This document shows positions 12,640-26,500 of a stretch of DNA of 64,000 bases, piece after piece. Position 1 is the first letter of the stretch, and every line of letters begins with the position of its first letter. The notes below the pieces were generated by a model that was not told the DNA's origin, did no database searches, and saw only the letters and a program-made list of their open reading frames with translations. A program made the translations under genes and the position numbers. This stretch comes from Takakia lepidozioides (Eukaryota > Plantae > Bryophyta), in assembly GCA_030704615.1 (NCBI GenBank), contig CM060732.1:28024001-28088000 (forward strand), in the 5' to 3' direction.

Positions 12640-13031
12640 AACAGTTTTCTGGTTCTCATTGGTTCCTTTCAAATGTAGGGGAAATGGGCATGGGGGAAAT
12701 TGTGTCAGTTTAGGGGCAAGGTCAGTTTAGGGGCAAGGGTTCGCAGCAAGGAATGGAAGAAGGCGGAGGATCTGGCAGCTCAGCTCAGCCCCGGGGCCGC
12801 GAGGAGGAGATCAAATTCAAAATCTGGGAAGGTATCCTGGATTATGGTAGGATTGCCTGGCAGGACTTTCTTAAGAAGGCTAAGAAGGTCATCCCACAGG
12901 CTGTTTTCAGCGATATGCTACGTAGCTTCGATGCAACATGGATGAGGAAACAAATTTTAGGTAAAAAGATAGGCATGAAAGTAGCTTGGAACCTTGTTCC
13001 AACTAGCTCTGTTACTATTGCTCACTGGTAG
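12640..13031 (+). mobile_element. Probable L1-type LINE ORF2 C-terminal fragment
   Basis: IWEGILDYGRIAW...FDATW...W resembles the end of bryophyte L1 ORF2; it abuts the kinase stop. Confidence 0.45.
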
Positions 13032-16000
13032 TGTCTTTGGTGGAGATTCTCGGGTCCTCAGCAGATTTTGTCCCTCGGGAGCGTCCGTCAGTTGGGGATT
13101 TTTTGTGTGGAAGAATCTGGTTCTGAGGCGAAGAGAGTTGTGGATTCTAGAGTATTTTTAGTAGCAGGCAGTGTTTTCGTAAAGGACGGATCTGCTCCTG
13201 TGTCTGGAGTCTGGACTGAGTGCTTTTAGGTTTGTCTGAGACGAGGTGCTTGGGGAACTGTATTGGGTGGGGTCTGGATTTGAGAAGTTTAGAAGTCTGT
13301 AGCAGGAATTGAGGATTGTAGCAAGGAAGCAGCTATCTGTTGGAGGAGTGGGTGCAGCTATGGGTTTGGTAGAGGCATGTTTTCATCAAATTAAGATTCT
13401 GTAAACAGAATGCAGAAAGTGTAGTTTCTGGTCTTGACTATCCAGTATAGAGTTGACAATGCACCTCTCTAACTCAGCCACTGTTCTACCCAGCAGCTGT
13501 GAAGAGAGCGACCGATTACTTGAGCCTCAGCTGATTACCAAAGGAGGAACTGTGAATTGCAGTTGTGTGGTTGCTAGTATACGTCAAGATTACCCACGTG
13601 TGTTATGAATCCATAGAATGAAATGTTTGGGCCCAGCATGGTTCTTGCACTAGATCTGCACAGCATTGCATAGATTGCTTCGGTTTCTCCAAAACATTGC
13701 GAGGCTGGGTCTATCATGTGCAGAGACAGTGGTGTGTAGCACACTTCCATTAATTATTGGTGATTACCTTTTACCTCCATGACGTTTACCTTCATACTCG
13801 CAAACACCTGAAATCATAGCAACTCATTTCCCTTACGTTTTAGAAGTGACTCGGATATCCTTTGGTATCTCAAACACAAGCACTTTCTGGCCACTGCACA
13901 AATTCAAACAGGAATTAATATTGACCATCACAACAATCGATGTACACATTGAGAAATTGCTGACTATCATCTGATGCCCACCCTTGCAACAACTTTTCCC
14001 CGCCTGTATGTAAACACTTTTGCTCTCTAAATGCCCCTGGCCGAGAGAACTGCCGAGGCATCTCTGGTAGCCGAGTGCCACGCGCGAATTGGCTCCGAGT
14101 GCCTTTAGAAAAAGGATGGACGGTTCAGATTTAATCTATTGGACGGTTCAGGTGAAGGAACCTTACCACCGTAAGGTGCCTCGAGTAGTAAGATTGTGTC
14201 GCCTAAGGTGCGCTCCGAGTACACTAACAAATTTTTGCCGGGTCTTTAGTCTTTACGTCACGTGGTAGAGCGTTACACTCAGTGTGTGTACCAGTCCGTC
14301 TGCTCAAACACAAGCGAGAAACGCTGTTGGCGAAGCCGTCCCCTCTCTGTCTCTCTGCCTCATGGAAGGAGCCCTTGCCGGCTGCTGCAGGAGTTGAAAG
14401 ACCTCGCGTGTACTTAGAGCCTGCCATGCTTGTTATTGCGTTTGTGCTGACTCTGTTGTGAGCACAAGAGGGCTTTTTGGAGGGTGGAAAATTGAGATTT
14501 CGGAAGTTGGCACTGGTGATCTTCACAGGACTGCTCAACATTCCTGCCCTCTACTTGGCGGCTGTGCGGGGATGGCTGAAGCATCCGTTGCCACCAAGGA
14601 ACATGCGAGTGTGCAACACTCTCAAGTCAGTGTTGCAAGAGTTTTAACCCCTGAATTTTACTGTTGGTTGGAGAGGGCAGGCTTCACTTGGCTCACCATG
14701 TCCAAGAAGCTGGCTGATAGCGTGTCTCAAACTGTTCAACTTTATTGCTCGGTACAATTTCCTATGATGCGGACATAGTCTGTGAGTTGTGGAGGTGAGC
14801 AAGGACAGTTTGTGCTTTGGGCCGGAGGTGGATGTGAATCATCCCATCTCTTCAAATGTGAGTTGAAAGGACACAAATAGAGCAAAAAACAAGAGCTTAA
14901 GAGCCTGCCTTAGGCTCTTAAAGCTCAGGTTTGTTGCAATTTGTCATTGCCAAGGTGAGGTGATCTTCTCGGATTCAGGGATGGCTGCTTGCAACTAGTA
15001 TGGTGGTGTCCAGCATGCCAGGGTTCCATAATAAATGGTAACTGTGTAGAGGAAGGAATCACAAAACTCTCAGGCAGCAGAGATTCTGGAGGCCCACACG
15101 GTGGCCTGCCAGGCTCAATCAGCCCTTTCACGAAGCACCTCCACTTCGATGATGAATTTGGTCTACTTCAACAGTTTCAACCTGTCCGTCTGACCACCAT
15201 ACTTTCCACATTTAATTTCTCAATGTTCACAAGAAACAACAGGAAGAGGACCCGTCACTCCATCACCTTCTCTAGAATTTGGTCCGGGGTGCTCAACTTT
15301 GCATGGGGGCTGTTCATTTCACAGTGCACAGTCATAGTAACATCCTTTAGGCCAAGCCCGGCTTGTGGTGATAGAATGTCAGAGGTATGGCCACCAAACC
15401 TTGCCCCTTTGCACTGAAACAAAGGGAGATGGCTGTACGGGTCGTGGTCAGATTTCACTGTTTTCCTTCAGTAAAAATGACCAACCATTATGCACTGCTA
15501 GTTTGATCTTCTTCCATTACTTGCACTCAGCTGGGAACCCCATTGCCCACTTCAGTTTCCCACGCAGTTGTCAATCAATGCGACGCAGTGTAGACGAAGT
15601 GCCTGCATACAGACACAAGCAGGTGCAGTCTCTGGCTTTGGATAAGCATCAAAATATCGTGACATTCTTGTACAATCTGCAGAGATGTTCCAACTATTCA
15701 GTTTGCTGATTACAGGAATGTCACTTGATAACCCAGTATCATCCTTCCTCTGCTGTTGAAGAACTATCAGGCTTGCAAAGTTGCTGCGAGTGCGCAGCAG
15801 ACCTCACTTACATATGAACTTTACAAGAAGCTGGCCATTTTACTGTTGTGCTTATTTACACATTTCTTCACTATGCAGGCGATGAGGTCTGAGAAGCACT
15901 GAAAGGGCTACTGCTGTAATTTGAGCTTCAGAAACTCTGGAAGCTGGGTACTTCACTTGACAAGACTGCCCAGAACTGGGTGAACAACCTCCAACCAAGG

Positions 16001-16167
16001 CCCACGTGAATCTGCTCCACGGACCACCTATAAAGCGACCTCAGCTTTGAAATTGGTTTGCTCATGATTCCATTGTGCACCCCAGGCAGGTGGCTGAGGG
16101 GGGACGACGCACATATACAAAAAACAACAAAAGCAGGAGCAAGGATGGTGCAATTGTTTCCCTTCTA

Positions 16168-19100
16168 CTAGAAGTCGTGAAACAGCAGGATGGCATTGTC
16201 CAGCTTCATTAATGAAGCTTCTAGAATTCTCGTAACTCGGCGAATGCGTTTTACTTGTTCATGCTGGCTTTGAGTCATTGCCACCTGGGACACGTGGGTG
16301 TCAGTGCTCCCAGTTTTAGTTTGAATTTGCGTTGCCAGACCCAACACCTGCGTGGTCATTGTAGGCATGAAGTCAGCACACATGGATAATAACTTGTCTG
16401 CAACTGGTGTGAAGAAAGGCATCAGGATGATTTCTACGGTTGCCTGGCAGCTTATGGATGGAAGCTTCTGAACATGCCACCATGTATGTGTGTCACATCC
16501 TGAATACTGGGCTCCTGTTGAAGACTGAGAACAAAGAGATTACGGCATTCCCTATTCGACCTGTTGCAGCTGCGGCTCCAATGACAACACCGACAAATGG
16601 CCTACCAGAAGCTTGTAGAGAGAGACAATTGAGCCATACCTCCTGCTCCTTCTCAAGCTCATGGGCAAGTCGCAGGCTGAGATTGTAGGCAGCATGGTAC
16701 ATGTCATCCAGCACCCGATCTATCACAGTCTGGAAATTGACATACCACAAATGTATGGACTTGTTTGCCACATGCTCCGTGGTTTTCGCGATCTCCTGCT
16801 CAATTCAATAACCACCACTTGAGAGGTGAGAGATGGTTCTGCTTGCCTGGTACCCACATGCCAAATGGGATCATTGTCTGCAGTGCATGAAGGCCTAAAG
16901 ACCCAGCCTAGTGATATATGAATGGCACTAACAGCCGTAACATATGCTAAGGTCCTTTAACATCTGAAAACAAACCCCTGGACTGGATATCTTCACGACA
17001 GGGTTACTTTTTCATGCAGTATGGACAGGCAGGCATAAAACGGCAACCAAAACAGATGTTGTACCACTGCATGTTCAAACCTAAACTAGTGATAGAAGGT
17101 GCAGTCTTAATATTGTACTGGCGATCGCAAAGTCTCAGACCATCAACGTCACCATGTGTGGCAGAAACTACCATATCAATAAATCTCCTCATAGTATACC
17201 AATATACAACTCTCTATACCAAGTTTGTGCCACTTTACTGGAAGTAGCTGTGATCAGCAAGCCACCTAAAAGCAAATGACCATACAAGTAACTGCTCCAT
17301 GCAGTCCAAATCCAAATGGTTGGCTGTTACGAAAGACAGTGAGTCCTTCCATGACCACAGTCCCCACCACAATATCTTGCAAAATATTTTGGATGCCCTC
17401 CAATTCTTATGGCATCAAAAACTCCAATCCTAGAATACCTTCAGTTCACTGACACACTATAGCGAAGGTGTGCATGGATGACTGGATGGGCTTCTAGAAA
17501 GCACTGGCAGAAATGCAGTCAGTAGGGCTCAAAAGAACAGACTGAGAGATAGATAGTGAGACAACTAAGGTAAGAAAAGTGGACATACAGACAGCATACC
17601 TGGACTTGCACATATTGATCCTGGAGAAGCCGATACAGCAACTTCTTTACATCCTTTGGCACCATCGCCCTCTCTCCTATCTGTCACCCATCCATCACAA
17701 CCCAAGTCACATACACTCTTCATCCTGAGCCATTACTAACTTGCAGGTGAAATATTGAGGGTAGGATGGAACCTGCTTTTGTTCTAAGTGACCCTTCATA
17801 GCCAGAAGTCTGAAAATACGGCAGCATTCCCTTCCAAATCGTTGCAGAACAATGCCTTCCACCTGCAGTAAGACAATCCATACAAAATTAGAGGGTTGTA
17901 CAGCCAGGATTCTATTGTGGTAACTCGTCGGATGCAAGGAAAAATACAGTGTGATGCAATTACAACCCTCACTGCTCCGAAAGATTCTCAGAAGAACATA
18001 CAAACCAAATCATAGCTTCGAGTTATTTGTGCATCATCACTTGTGGTTCCAGCAACCATTTGATTACCTCATTTTGTCGGCCAAGTTCAATGATCTTACT
18101 CAAATCTGAAGCCTAATGTAAGGGCCACCCTAAAAAAATTAAGAGCCCACAACTTCAGAACACCTGGAAAATAGATGTGCAGCTATTCCTTCTCTCAATC
18201 TGCTTTAATAACCCTCACTCAGTCCCTTAGGTCTCTTAGCAAATGCTAAGAATATAAAAAATTTCTGGGACAACATTACAGAACTCTAGAAGCGACATCC
18301 CCCCTCCCTCTAATATTGACACTAATACCTCCACAGTATTGTGACCTTCTGTTTGAGACAACAGACTCCAACCTCACAACAAGGACAACATTGGTGTTTA
18401 GGGAGTTATTGGAGTTGTTCGTTTCAGACTTTCAACAAAGCGGGAAGGATTACATCCTGCAGCATACCTGACTGCACGGTTATGGGGTCCTGCTGTTTGC
18501 AAAGCATTAAGAATTACATACTCTCTCTTTAAATAAGCACTGCTTTCCTCCCTCCGTTCTCTCCAATTGCCAATCCTAGGAGACGAAAACAGTTGCAAAA
18601 CCTACTACAGTCTCCCAGCAAAACTTAAGAGGATACTGATAACATATTGGTTGCCTCCTTCTCCAAGTGCTCCTCTCTCACCACTCCTAGAGAGATATCC
18701 AACCGAATCAGCTGCAAGCTGCTGTAATGCCCCGCGAATGCGCTCCATGGTCATGTGCTGGCCCTCAGATGTCATGTGCACTGCCTGTGTAATTGCATCC
18801 ATTGATAGAGGAGCTGCGCCAACCACATTTTGTGTCATTTCTGGATAGATTGGATGATTAGACGTACGATATTTGCATACACAAGTTTGGGACTACTGGG
18901 GCACTTCTGGTCCCACTACATGTGCCCAGAAACAGTTTGATACAGCCACCATGCACCTGAATAGTGTTGCTTTGCAGAAGACTCCTGCATGCGGGTGGCT
19001 TGGAGCATCGCTACCAGAATCGTCCCAGCCCCTATGTCAACTCTTGATCTCACCAGTGCAACACACGCCTGTCCTCAATCCAGATCAAGAACATGCATTG

Positions 19101-22100
19101 ATGAGGCCCAGCTACAAGATCATTTACCCATATTTCCAACAGGTACTGAATGACCCATAAATACCAGCTGTCTAGAGTAGATCTGGAAGGCCAGAACCAG
19201 CTTTGTTTCGAGATCAAGTCCAGCTACCAGAGCAAGAACTGCACTTGCCACCCTTGCTGCTACCCTCCCTATCCCCTCCCCCCTTCCCCGCTTTGTGGCC
19301 ACAAGGCTGCCGGAAGCAAAGTCTTACGAGTACTCCACCTTCATTGATAAGCCAGGAGACAAACAACAGTCAAACTTCCACATACGCATGCAGTGTGGAA
19401 CTAGGCTACACTTTACCAGGTGTCTCAACCTCCGTATGAACTCCTCCACATTTACACGCCACAACACCTCTCTTTCATCCACCAGGGCAGCGGTCTTTGC
19501 ATCCATTTGTAGAGCGTCTCTCTTCCGCTGCAACAACACATGACCAAAAGTTGCATGACGAATTTTGAGTTGTCATATATAACCTCAGCTTAACAATGGG
19601 ATGAGTCCCAAGGTACACCGCAGCACTGCGGTTGACCTCTGATCACCAGGATGAGGAAGGAGATGGCTGCACACTTTCAAAGACTGGAGGACAGACAGTA
19701 TCCGGATGCAGGCTGTTATGCTAACCCCCTACATAGACCTGTGATGAGACTGATATTAAAGTATCTACAAAGGAAAGGAGAGCCACCAGACCTCTAGCAC
19801 TTTCTATACAAATGAAGGCAATTTTCACTTTCCAGCATCTTGCAGTGATGATTTTATGACCCCAAACTTCTGTCCTTGCCAATAAGACAGTAGTGACAAA
19901 CCCTGCTCTTACTTAGACAAAGCCTAAAAGGCATACGGACATTCATGAATTGCAAAATATGCACAGGGGGAAAAACAAGCTGGGTACTAACCTTCTGACC
20001 AGCAGGTGCAGTTCCAGTCATGGGGTCTGGTTCTGTGACATCTATGCTCATGAAGGATACTGGCACTTGGAATCTCTCTGTGTCTGTAGCAGCTGCTGCA
20101 GATAGAATCCGCTGCTCCTCGGTGACAGCTTCATTTGCAGACACTAGCGGTGCCGCTCGCCCACGCTGTTGACACATTCACATAGGGGGACAAAATAAAT
20201 ATAGGGAGAATATCTTCACAAGACATAGTTTGCCGTACACTTGTGGCCATAGACCCCATACCCAGTTTGGGCAGAACAAGACTCAACTGACCCTACCTTT
20301 GTTAGGGGCTCACTCCAGTAGTGGGACTTACCTTGATATAAAGAATGAGTTCGGGCTTTCCAGATTTCCTCTATGAAGCCCTTCACACAAGTGTCAATCT
20401 GCTGTGTGTCAGCTGCCCAGTACTACATCCCAAAAGGGCCAGGACTTCAGCCTCAGCCTCGAGATTCTGAAAGTTGTGAACAGAGATGCAGGGACTATGT
20501 TCTGGATGGTCCTGAAGAGGGTCACTGTCTGATGAGAATAACCTGGACACTGAATCAGAAAGAGGATATTATCTTCAGTCTGCCTGTTCAGCTTCACGTT
20601 GCCGTAGCCTTGTGGCCATAGACCCCGTGCCCAGTTTGGGCAGAACAGGTGCACAGAGAGAGAGAATGTACTGATGCCATTCCCGGTGACCGTTGGCTTG
20701 TCATAGCCTTACGGACATCAAACCTGCGGCAAACTACCCTCCTGGAAGGAGAGAGAGAATGTAGCATTCATAAGATGTTGTTTACCATACCCTTGTGGCC
20801 ATAATCCCTGTGCCCAGTTCGGGTGGAACAAGAGAGAGGAGAGATAGGAGAGATCTAGGTGACTGTACATATTGTGAAACATGTGGAATGTAACCAGACG
20901 AGAACTCAGAAAATGGATGAACCTATAGCATTTCCACAAGAACAGCAAGAAGATTTTAACATAATTCTAGTGTTGCTCAAACAGGCTTTGCAAGAACAAT
21001 GCAACTACATCCTCCAATGATTCTCCAACTAGTCACAATAACCATGACTATGGCACAAATCACACCCATATACCACCCTTCTGTTTGTACTTGCGATGAG
21101 AGATGAGATGAGATGAGAGAAAGGTTGGGAGGGACGTACTCCTGCACCACGTGCTGCCTTCTTTGGAGGCTCCATTGCACCCTTCAGGTGCAATGTTGGC
21201 TCTGGGGCTGGACAGCGTTCAATGTAATGGGCAGCCAGCAGCTTTGCGAATGTCTCCTTCAGTTTGCTTTCCACTTCCACCTTTGCTGCTCATGTCAAAA
21301 AATGAGTTCATGCACCACAACCATAGTCAGCATATATGCACATTCATATTCACTTTTCCAAATAAACTTGTGACATCAAGAATAAAAAATTGAAGTGAAT
21401 TTGTCCACGTGTTATATTTACAAGGGATAGGTACTGTTACCTTTCCTGGCCTGTGCTGCTGCCCTTTCAATCACCTGCTCCAAAGTGAGCCGCCCATGCT
21501 CTAGAAGCCCCTCTATTAGTGCCTCTGCCTGATCACCCATGTTCACAAATATTACACCCGTTTGAAATTTCACAATGTTCATGTGTCCTCCACCTTTACG
21601 GAAGGGGAGGGCATAGAGACACTACAGAAAAGTCTTAGGATTCAACATCTAGGGTTCAGGTTTTGCCCAGGAGGTGTGCGAGATATGAAGCAAACAGCGA
21701 CAGAGACATTGAGAAGAGAATATACTCATAAGACGGTGTTTGCCGTAGCCTTGTGGCCATTGACCCCCCGCTCAGTTTGAGCGGAACACAAAGGGACGAG
21801 AAGAGAAGCGATTGAGAGAGAATAACTTACTTCTTCCCCCAGGTCTTCATGAACAACTCCTAGAAATTTTGGGAAACGCACGCGGTGCAAAATGTTGTCT
21901 ACTAAGGCTATGTAACAGGTTGAAGTCCTTGGTGGTCCTGGTCCCGCCACTGCAGCAGAACCGGAAGTCCAGATGAAAATGTTTCCTTCGAGAAACTTTA
22001 CAAAGTTATAGAGAACGAATGGGCTGGCAATGATAAACTTATCAGACTCCCAAATTGATGTCCTTTTTGGAAGGAAAGAAAGAAGACCAAATCGCAGTCA

Positions 22101-22802
22101 GTCAATATCTTCAGATAAGCTACAGCAATAGTTTCTGGCAAACCATTACACTTTTTTATTGGGTGCATGACGTTTCAGTGAAAGATCCACTATATTATTC
22201 TTTTCACTTTTTCTGCAAATTTTCCACCAACTACCTACACATTGTGGAGTGTCCACGAAGCAGTCTACACCTAAGAAGTGAAAACCCCAAGGAAAGGATT
22301 GGGAGTCTCTAAATCATATGTACCAACCAACCCATAATCAAGACCCACCTACCCTCATGCTCCACTTTGAAGCCCTGGATGCAGTTGTGCTGGATAAGAA
22401 CAAGGAGGCAATTTCGAAGCTGTGTTGCATTCATTTCAGTGTACCGCGCAATTTCTGGGAGTGCCAATTGACCGCGGTACACCAGGCACTGACATACTTT
22501 CTGAACCACTCAGACACCCAGCAAAGCCCCCAACTCAACCACCACAAGAGGTAACCAATTGGCTAATGGAAATCATCAAAAATATATTTACCGTAATACC
22601 GCATCATTCACAAAAATTAACATATCTCCAATGCTAAGGGCAGCACTCATTATTGTCTTATCTTATCGGTCCCAATCCGTTTCAAGTAGAGAGGGACACG
22701 AAGAAGTCCACCAGGGAAGGGAAAGAGAAGAACCTGGACCAAATCACCGAAATGGTTCAAGATGAGGTCGCAAGCGAGCTTCCGCCCGTACTTTGACGCC
22801 AT
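16168..22802 (-). CDS. RPC3: DNA-directed RNA polymerase III subunit RPC3 (POLR3C/RPC82 homologue), about 13 exons
   Basis: Exon 1 22802-22734 MASKYGRKLACDLILNHFGDLVQ; KVCQCLVYRGQL..NCLLVLIQHNC; ILHRVRFPKFL; GLLEHGRLTLEQ; VLWRVNVEEF; RFGRECCRIFRLL..HLEQKQ; LWYVNF..LDDMYHAAYNL; C-terminus LEASLMKLDNAILLFHDF*. Confidence 0.92.
20205..20850 (-). mobile_element. Cluster of 5'-truncated copies of the CT-associated LINE family in an RPC3 intron
   Basis: Repeated reverse-complement 3' ends (GCCGTAGCCTTGTGGCCAT..ACCCCGTGCCCAGTTTG) and ORF2 C-terminal sequence homologous to 43860-45280, separated by GAGAGA tracts. Confidence 0.85.
21721..21797 (-). mobile_element. 77-bp 5'-truncated LINE 3' end with 10-bp target-site duplication
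   Basis: Flanked by GAGAAGAGAA at 21711-21720 and 21798-21807; the body matches the 3' end at ~44670-44740. Confidence 0.88.
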
Positions 22803-23547
22803 CTCACTCAATCGAAAGCACGCTCAGTTCTATCTACGAAATTCCTGGCCGGCTCCAGTGCATTATTAGGAATCGAGGAAACCCCCCCGTTCACGCCTGA
22901 GGAGAGAGAGAATGCCAAACTCTGTTCTCTCCTTCCGATGTATTCATAAGAACGAATCCTCTCAAGCTCTTAAAAAACCCCACAGCTACGTCTACCGAAA
23001 ACATGGGCCTTGATATCCAAATCGTGGCTTCCATTGGGACCCTCACACACAGCTCTCACTGCAGGAGCACGAAAGCAGCAACCCTAATCTTCGCACACTA
23101 CTAAACCCTAAAGTGCAGTTTCTTAAAAACAAAAGTATTTGAATGAGTGGAAATATATTAAAAAACATGCAAGTAAACTGCGGTAAGGAATTTTGTCCCG
23201 AGTGGTATTGGGATTGGGAAAATTCCGGGGTGGCATGTAAAAATCATGCGGTAAATGGAAGGCAGGTGTTGAGCAGCATTATGCCCCCCCCACACTGCGC
23301 CAAGAATCTGCGTGCGTCTTGTGGGCTTTTCAGAGAGTGAAGAGCATCGGCAAGACGGAGACAAGATCAGGCGCGCAGTTGCAGGGGAAAGAGAGGAAGG
23401 GAAAGAGAGGAAGGGGTAGCAGTTTTTGCATCTGGGTTTTGTTAGGTTTTGGTGCAGAGGCGTCTCTGGAGAGAGAGGGATAAGCGCACCTGACAAAGGG
23501 GTCACACAGACGTCCAGGGAGAGAAAGAGAAGGCGGGGCGCGTTGAA
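22803..23547. promoter_or_regulatory. Bidirectional promoter and 5' UTRs of RPC3 and RPN8, with telo-box and site-II-like elements
   Basis: 745 bp between divergent ATGs; AAACCCTAA at 23103-23111; TGGGCC near 23004 and TGGGCT near 23322. Confidence 0.6.
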
Positions 23548-26500
23548 ATGGATGTGATAACAACGAGTCTAGGAGGGGGGGGGCAGGGAATTGAAAAGGT
23601 AGTCGTTCACCCTCTGGTGCTTTTGAGCATTGTGGACAATTATAACAGAGTTGCGAAGGATACACGGAAGCGCGTACTCGGAGTCCTGCTGGGGTCGACT
23701 TTCCGAGGTCGTGTTGACATCACCAACAGCTATGCAGGTAAAACAATCCTTCTCCTGAGGCTTTGCATGCATTGTTTCTTCATTGAGGCTCTGCTCCATT
23801 CCAGAGTTCTGTTTGACTTTTTAGGTCAAAGTAATTGAAGCTGTGCTACACTGGGTGGGGGGATGCGCAGTTCCATTCGAGGAAGATGACAAGGACGCCA
23901 GTATTTGGTTTCTTGATCACAACTACCACGAAGCCATGTACGATATGTTCAAGAGGATCAACGGTACGTTTAATCCAACGTTCCTTGCCATCTCTCCTTC
24001 AATTTTGGTATGGTAAGTACCTGTTTCACCTGCTCAAATGAGTCAATCACCTAGCGACCAGTTAATGTATGAGACAGCGATAGAAAGATCACAATGATAC
24101 TAGAGTGGATGAAGGCCAAGAGTAGTATTGCATAATACCATAGCAGCTACATCTAGGTGGTAGGTACAGATACCAATGCTGAATATGGGTGGTGATACTG
24201 TTAATAGTCAATTTCCTAATGGCACAAAGAGATGAAGTCAAGAAAGGAGTTTTCACATTGCAAGATTAGTTTAGCATTGTGGTCTTGTGATTAGCTCAAG
24301 AGATTACCCCTCGCTGGTCCTTACCAGTGATTTTATCTAAGATCAGACATGATGTTTGCATGATCTGCCCAAATGATCATCACACCCGACTCTTCCAACA
24401 TGTGGTGCTGCATGGAGAACACATGGGACTTTCGATTGGCTGCACATAAAGCTGCAATTTCGTTGACTAAGTATTTTTCCATGTTAATCTTGCAACAGCT
24501 AAGGAGCATGTGGTAGGGTGGTATAGCACTGGGCCCAAACTTCGGGAGAACGACCTTGACATCCATGAGCTATTCCGGGAGTGAGCACCATCTCCTTCAT
24601 GTTGTGTTATGAGTTTCAAGCAATCATGTGCACAATGGATATTAGTGCTAGAGTTGCTAGAGTCATCTTGAGCAACTCACAAACCTTTGACCAACTGTAT
24701 TCTGCATTCAAATGAAGGAAGGGCCCCGAAGCATATCTGACAGTGGAAAGGGGGTTTGCCCAGCTATGCGCCAAATCCTGTATTGGTGATAATCGATGTG
24801 CAGCCCAAGGAGCTTGGCATTCCAACTAAGGCTTACTATGCTGTTGAGGAAGTCAAAGAGGTAGTCTTCCCTCACTGAATGTGAGAGATCCAGGTGCCTA
24901 TGGTCCCGAATTACGTGCAATGCATAGGAAGAAAAGAAGTGTTGGAAAAGCAATTCATCGTGGGTTGGTGCTGGGAGACTGTGAGAGACACTGGATTAAA
25001 CGGTTAGGATCCAGCTATTGTAGGTTACATTTTGTGCTTGCTAAATTGTGTCAGATTGTAAGGGCGAGCATAGAGGTTGTGATTGTGTCACAGTAGTGCC
25101 CGCAAAAGCACAGGTGTTCGTGTCTAAAGAGTCCTAGTTCTTGTTGGTGGGATCCTCTGCAGGATGCGACCCAGAAAAGCCAGAAGGCATTTGTGCACGT
25201 AGCATCAGAAATTGGTGCCTACGAAGCTGAGGAAATTGGTAAATCCTGTCTCAAGTAAAACACTTGAAAAGCTGGCTTTAAGCACATATGGGCTCCAGAT
25301 TCATAGACTATGAACAAAGCTGGTGTCCTTGTTTCTGGTCTGTCGGAGAGGGGGAAGGGTTCTGTTAGAGCCTCTAAGTTGAGGATGACATTATGCTGTT
25401 AAGCTTCATGAACGAGCTGTGACGATGCGTAGGAATATGCCTCTTGTAGAGATATTGTGTTTCAAATCAACAGATAGCTACAGCACACCTTGATGGCAAG
25501 CAATGAGCATTCTTATGCAACCATCTTCGGGCTTGAAGGTTTAGATCTGTGGGACAGTCACTTACCGAGGTTACTGGAAATTTGTTTGTTTGTACTCTCT
25601 CTATGTACACATGGTAACATGCAGGTAATTGTATACCTGACTTCTCCATTGCAGTGAGGATTACTCTGGTCTGGAGAGACTTAGGTGGTTCCCTTTGTGT
25701 TACAGGTGTGGAGCATTTACTAAGAGACGTAAAGGACGCAACTATCAGTACACTTGCGACAGAGGTACTGCTGATCAAACTTTGCAACACCCGTAATGAG
25801 ATTGAAATGACTCTGCCAGCCACCTCACGTCCCACTTTCATGTCATTTCCTTAGGGACAGAGCTGGCGGCACTGTGCTTGTTGACTTGACCAACCATTCA
25901 TTCATGGGAATGGCAGGTGGGAGGAAAGCTGGTCGCTTTAAAGGGGCTGGAGGCACGCTTGAAAGAAATTCATGCATACTTGGATCTTGTTGTGGAGGGC
26001 CGGCTTCCTCTCAATCACGAGATTTTATATCACCTGCAGGTTTGAGATTTTATACCCCCTATAGGGATTATATCTTTTGATTGTAGTCTATGGCATCAAG
26101 AATATTGCAACTTTCTGTCAGACATGTTTTCACCTAAAATGTAGGTGGCAAAATCGCAGGTCTCAAATCTGACTGGAGTACACATTGCGACTGTTGAACA
26201 TTAAATTAACACCAAATGGTTACTGCTGGGGTACAAGGTGGACTTTTAACATCATCTATGCAAGCATTGTTAAGGCACCCAGGCTGGCAAGGAAGTGCAT
26301 TGCTTATTCTGTGTGGTACCAGAAAAATTCTAAGACCATGGCTTGTTTTTGTATATGAGCAGGATGTATTCAACTTGCTACCCAATCTCAATGTTCATGA
26401 ACTCGTCAAATCTTTTGCTGGTGCGTCACTGCAACTATGTGGCATGATACCTGTTGATGTCAAGATTCATGTGGTATCACTCTAGCATGCTAGATTTCTG

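Noticed and set aside
13400-16100. Short ORFs, a G-box near 14258 and a small hairpin at ~14893-14926
   Set aside because: No protein family or consistent splice chain recognised.
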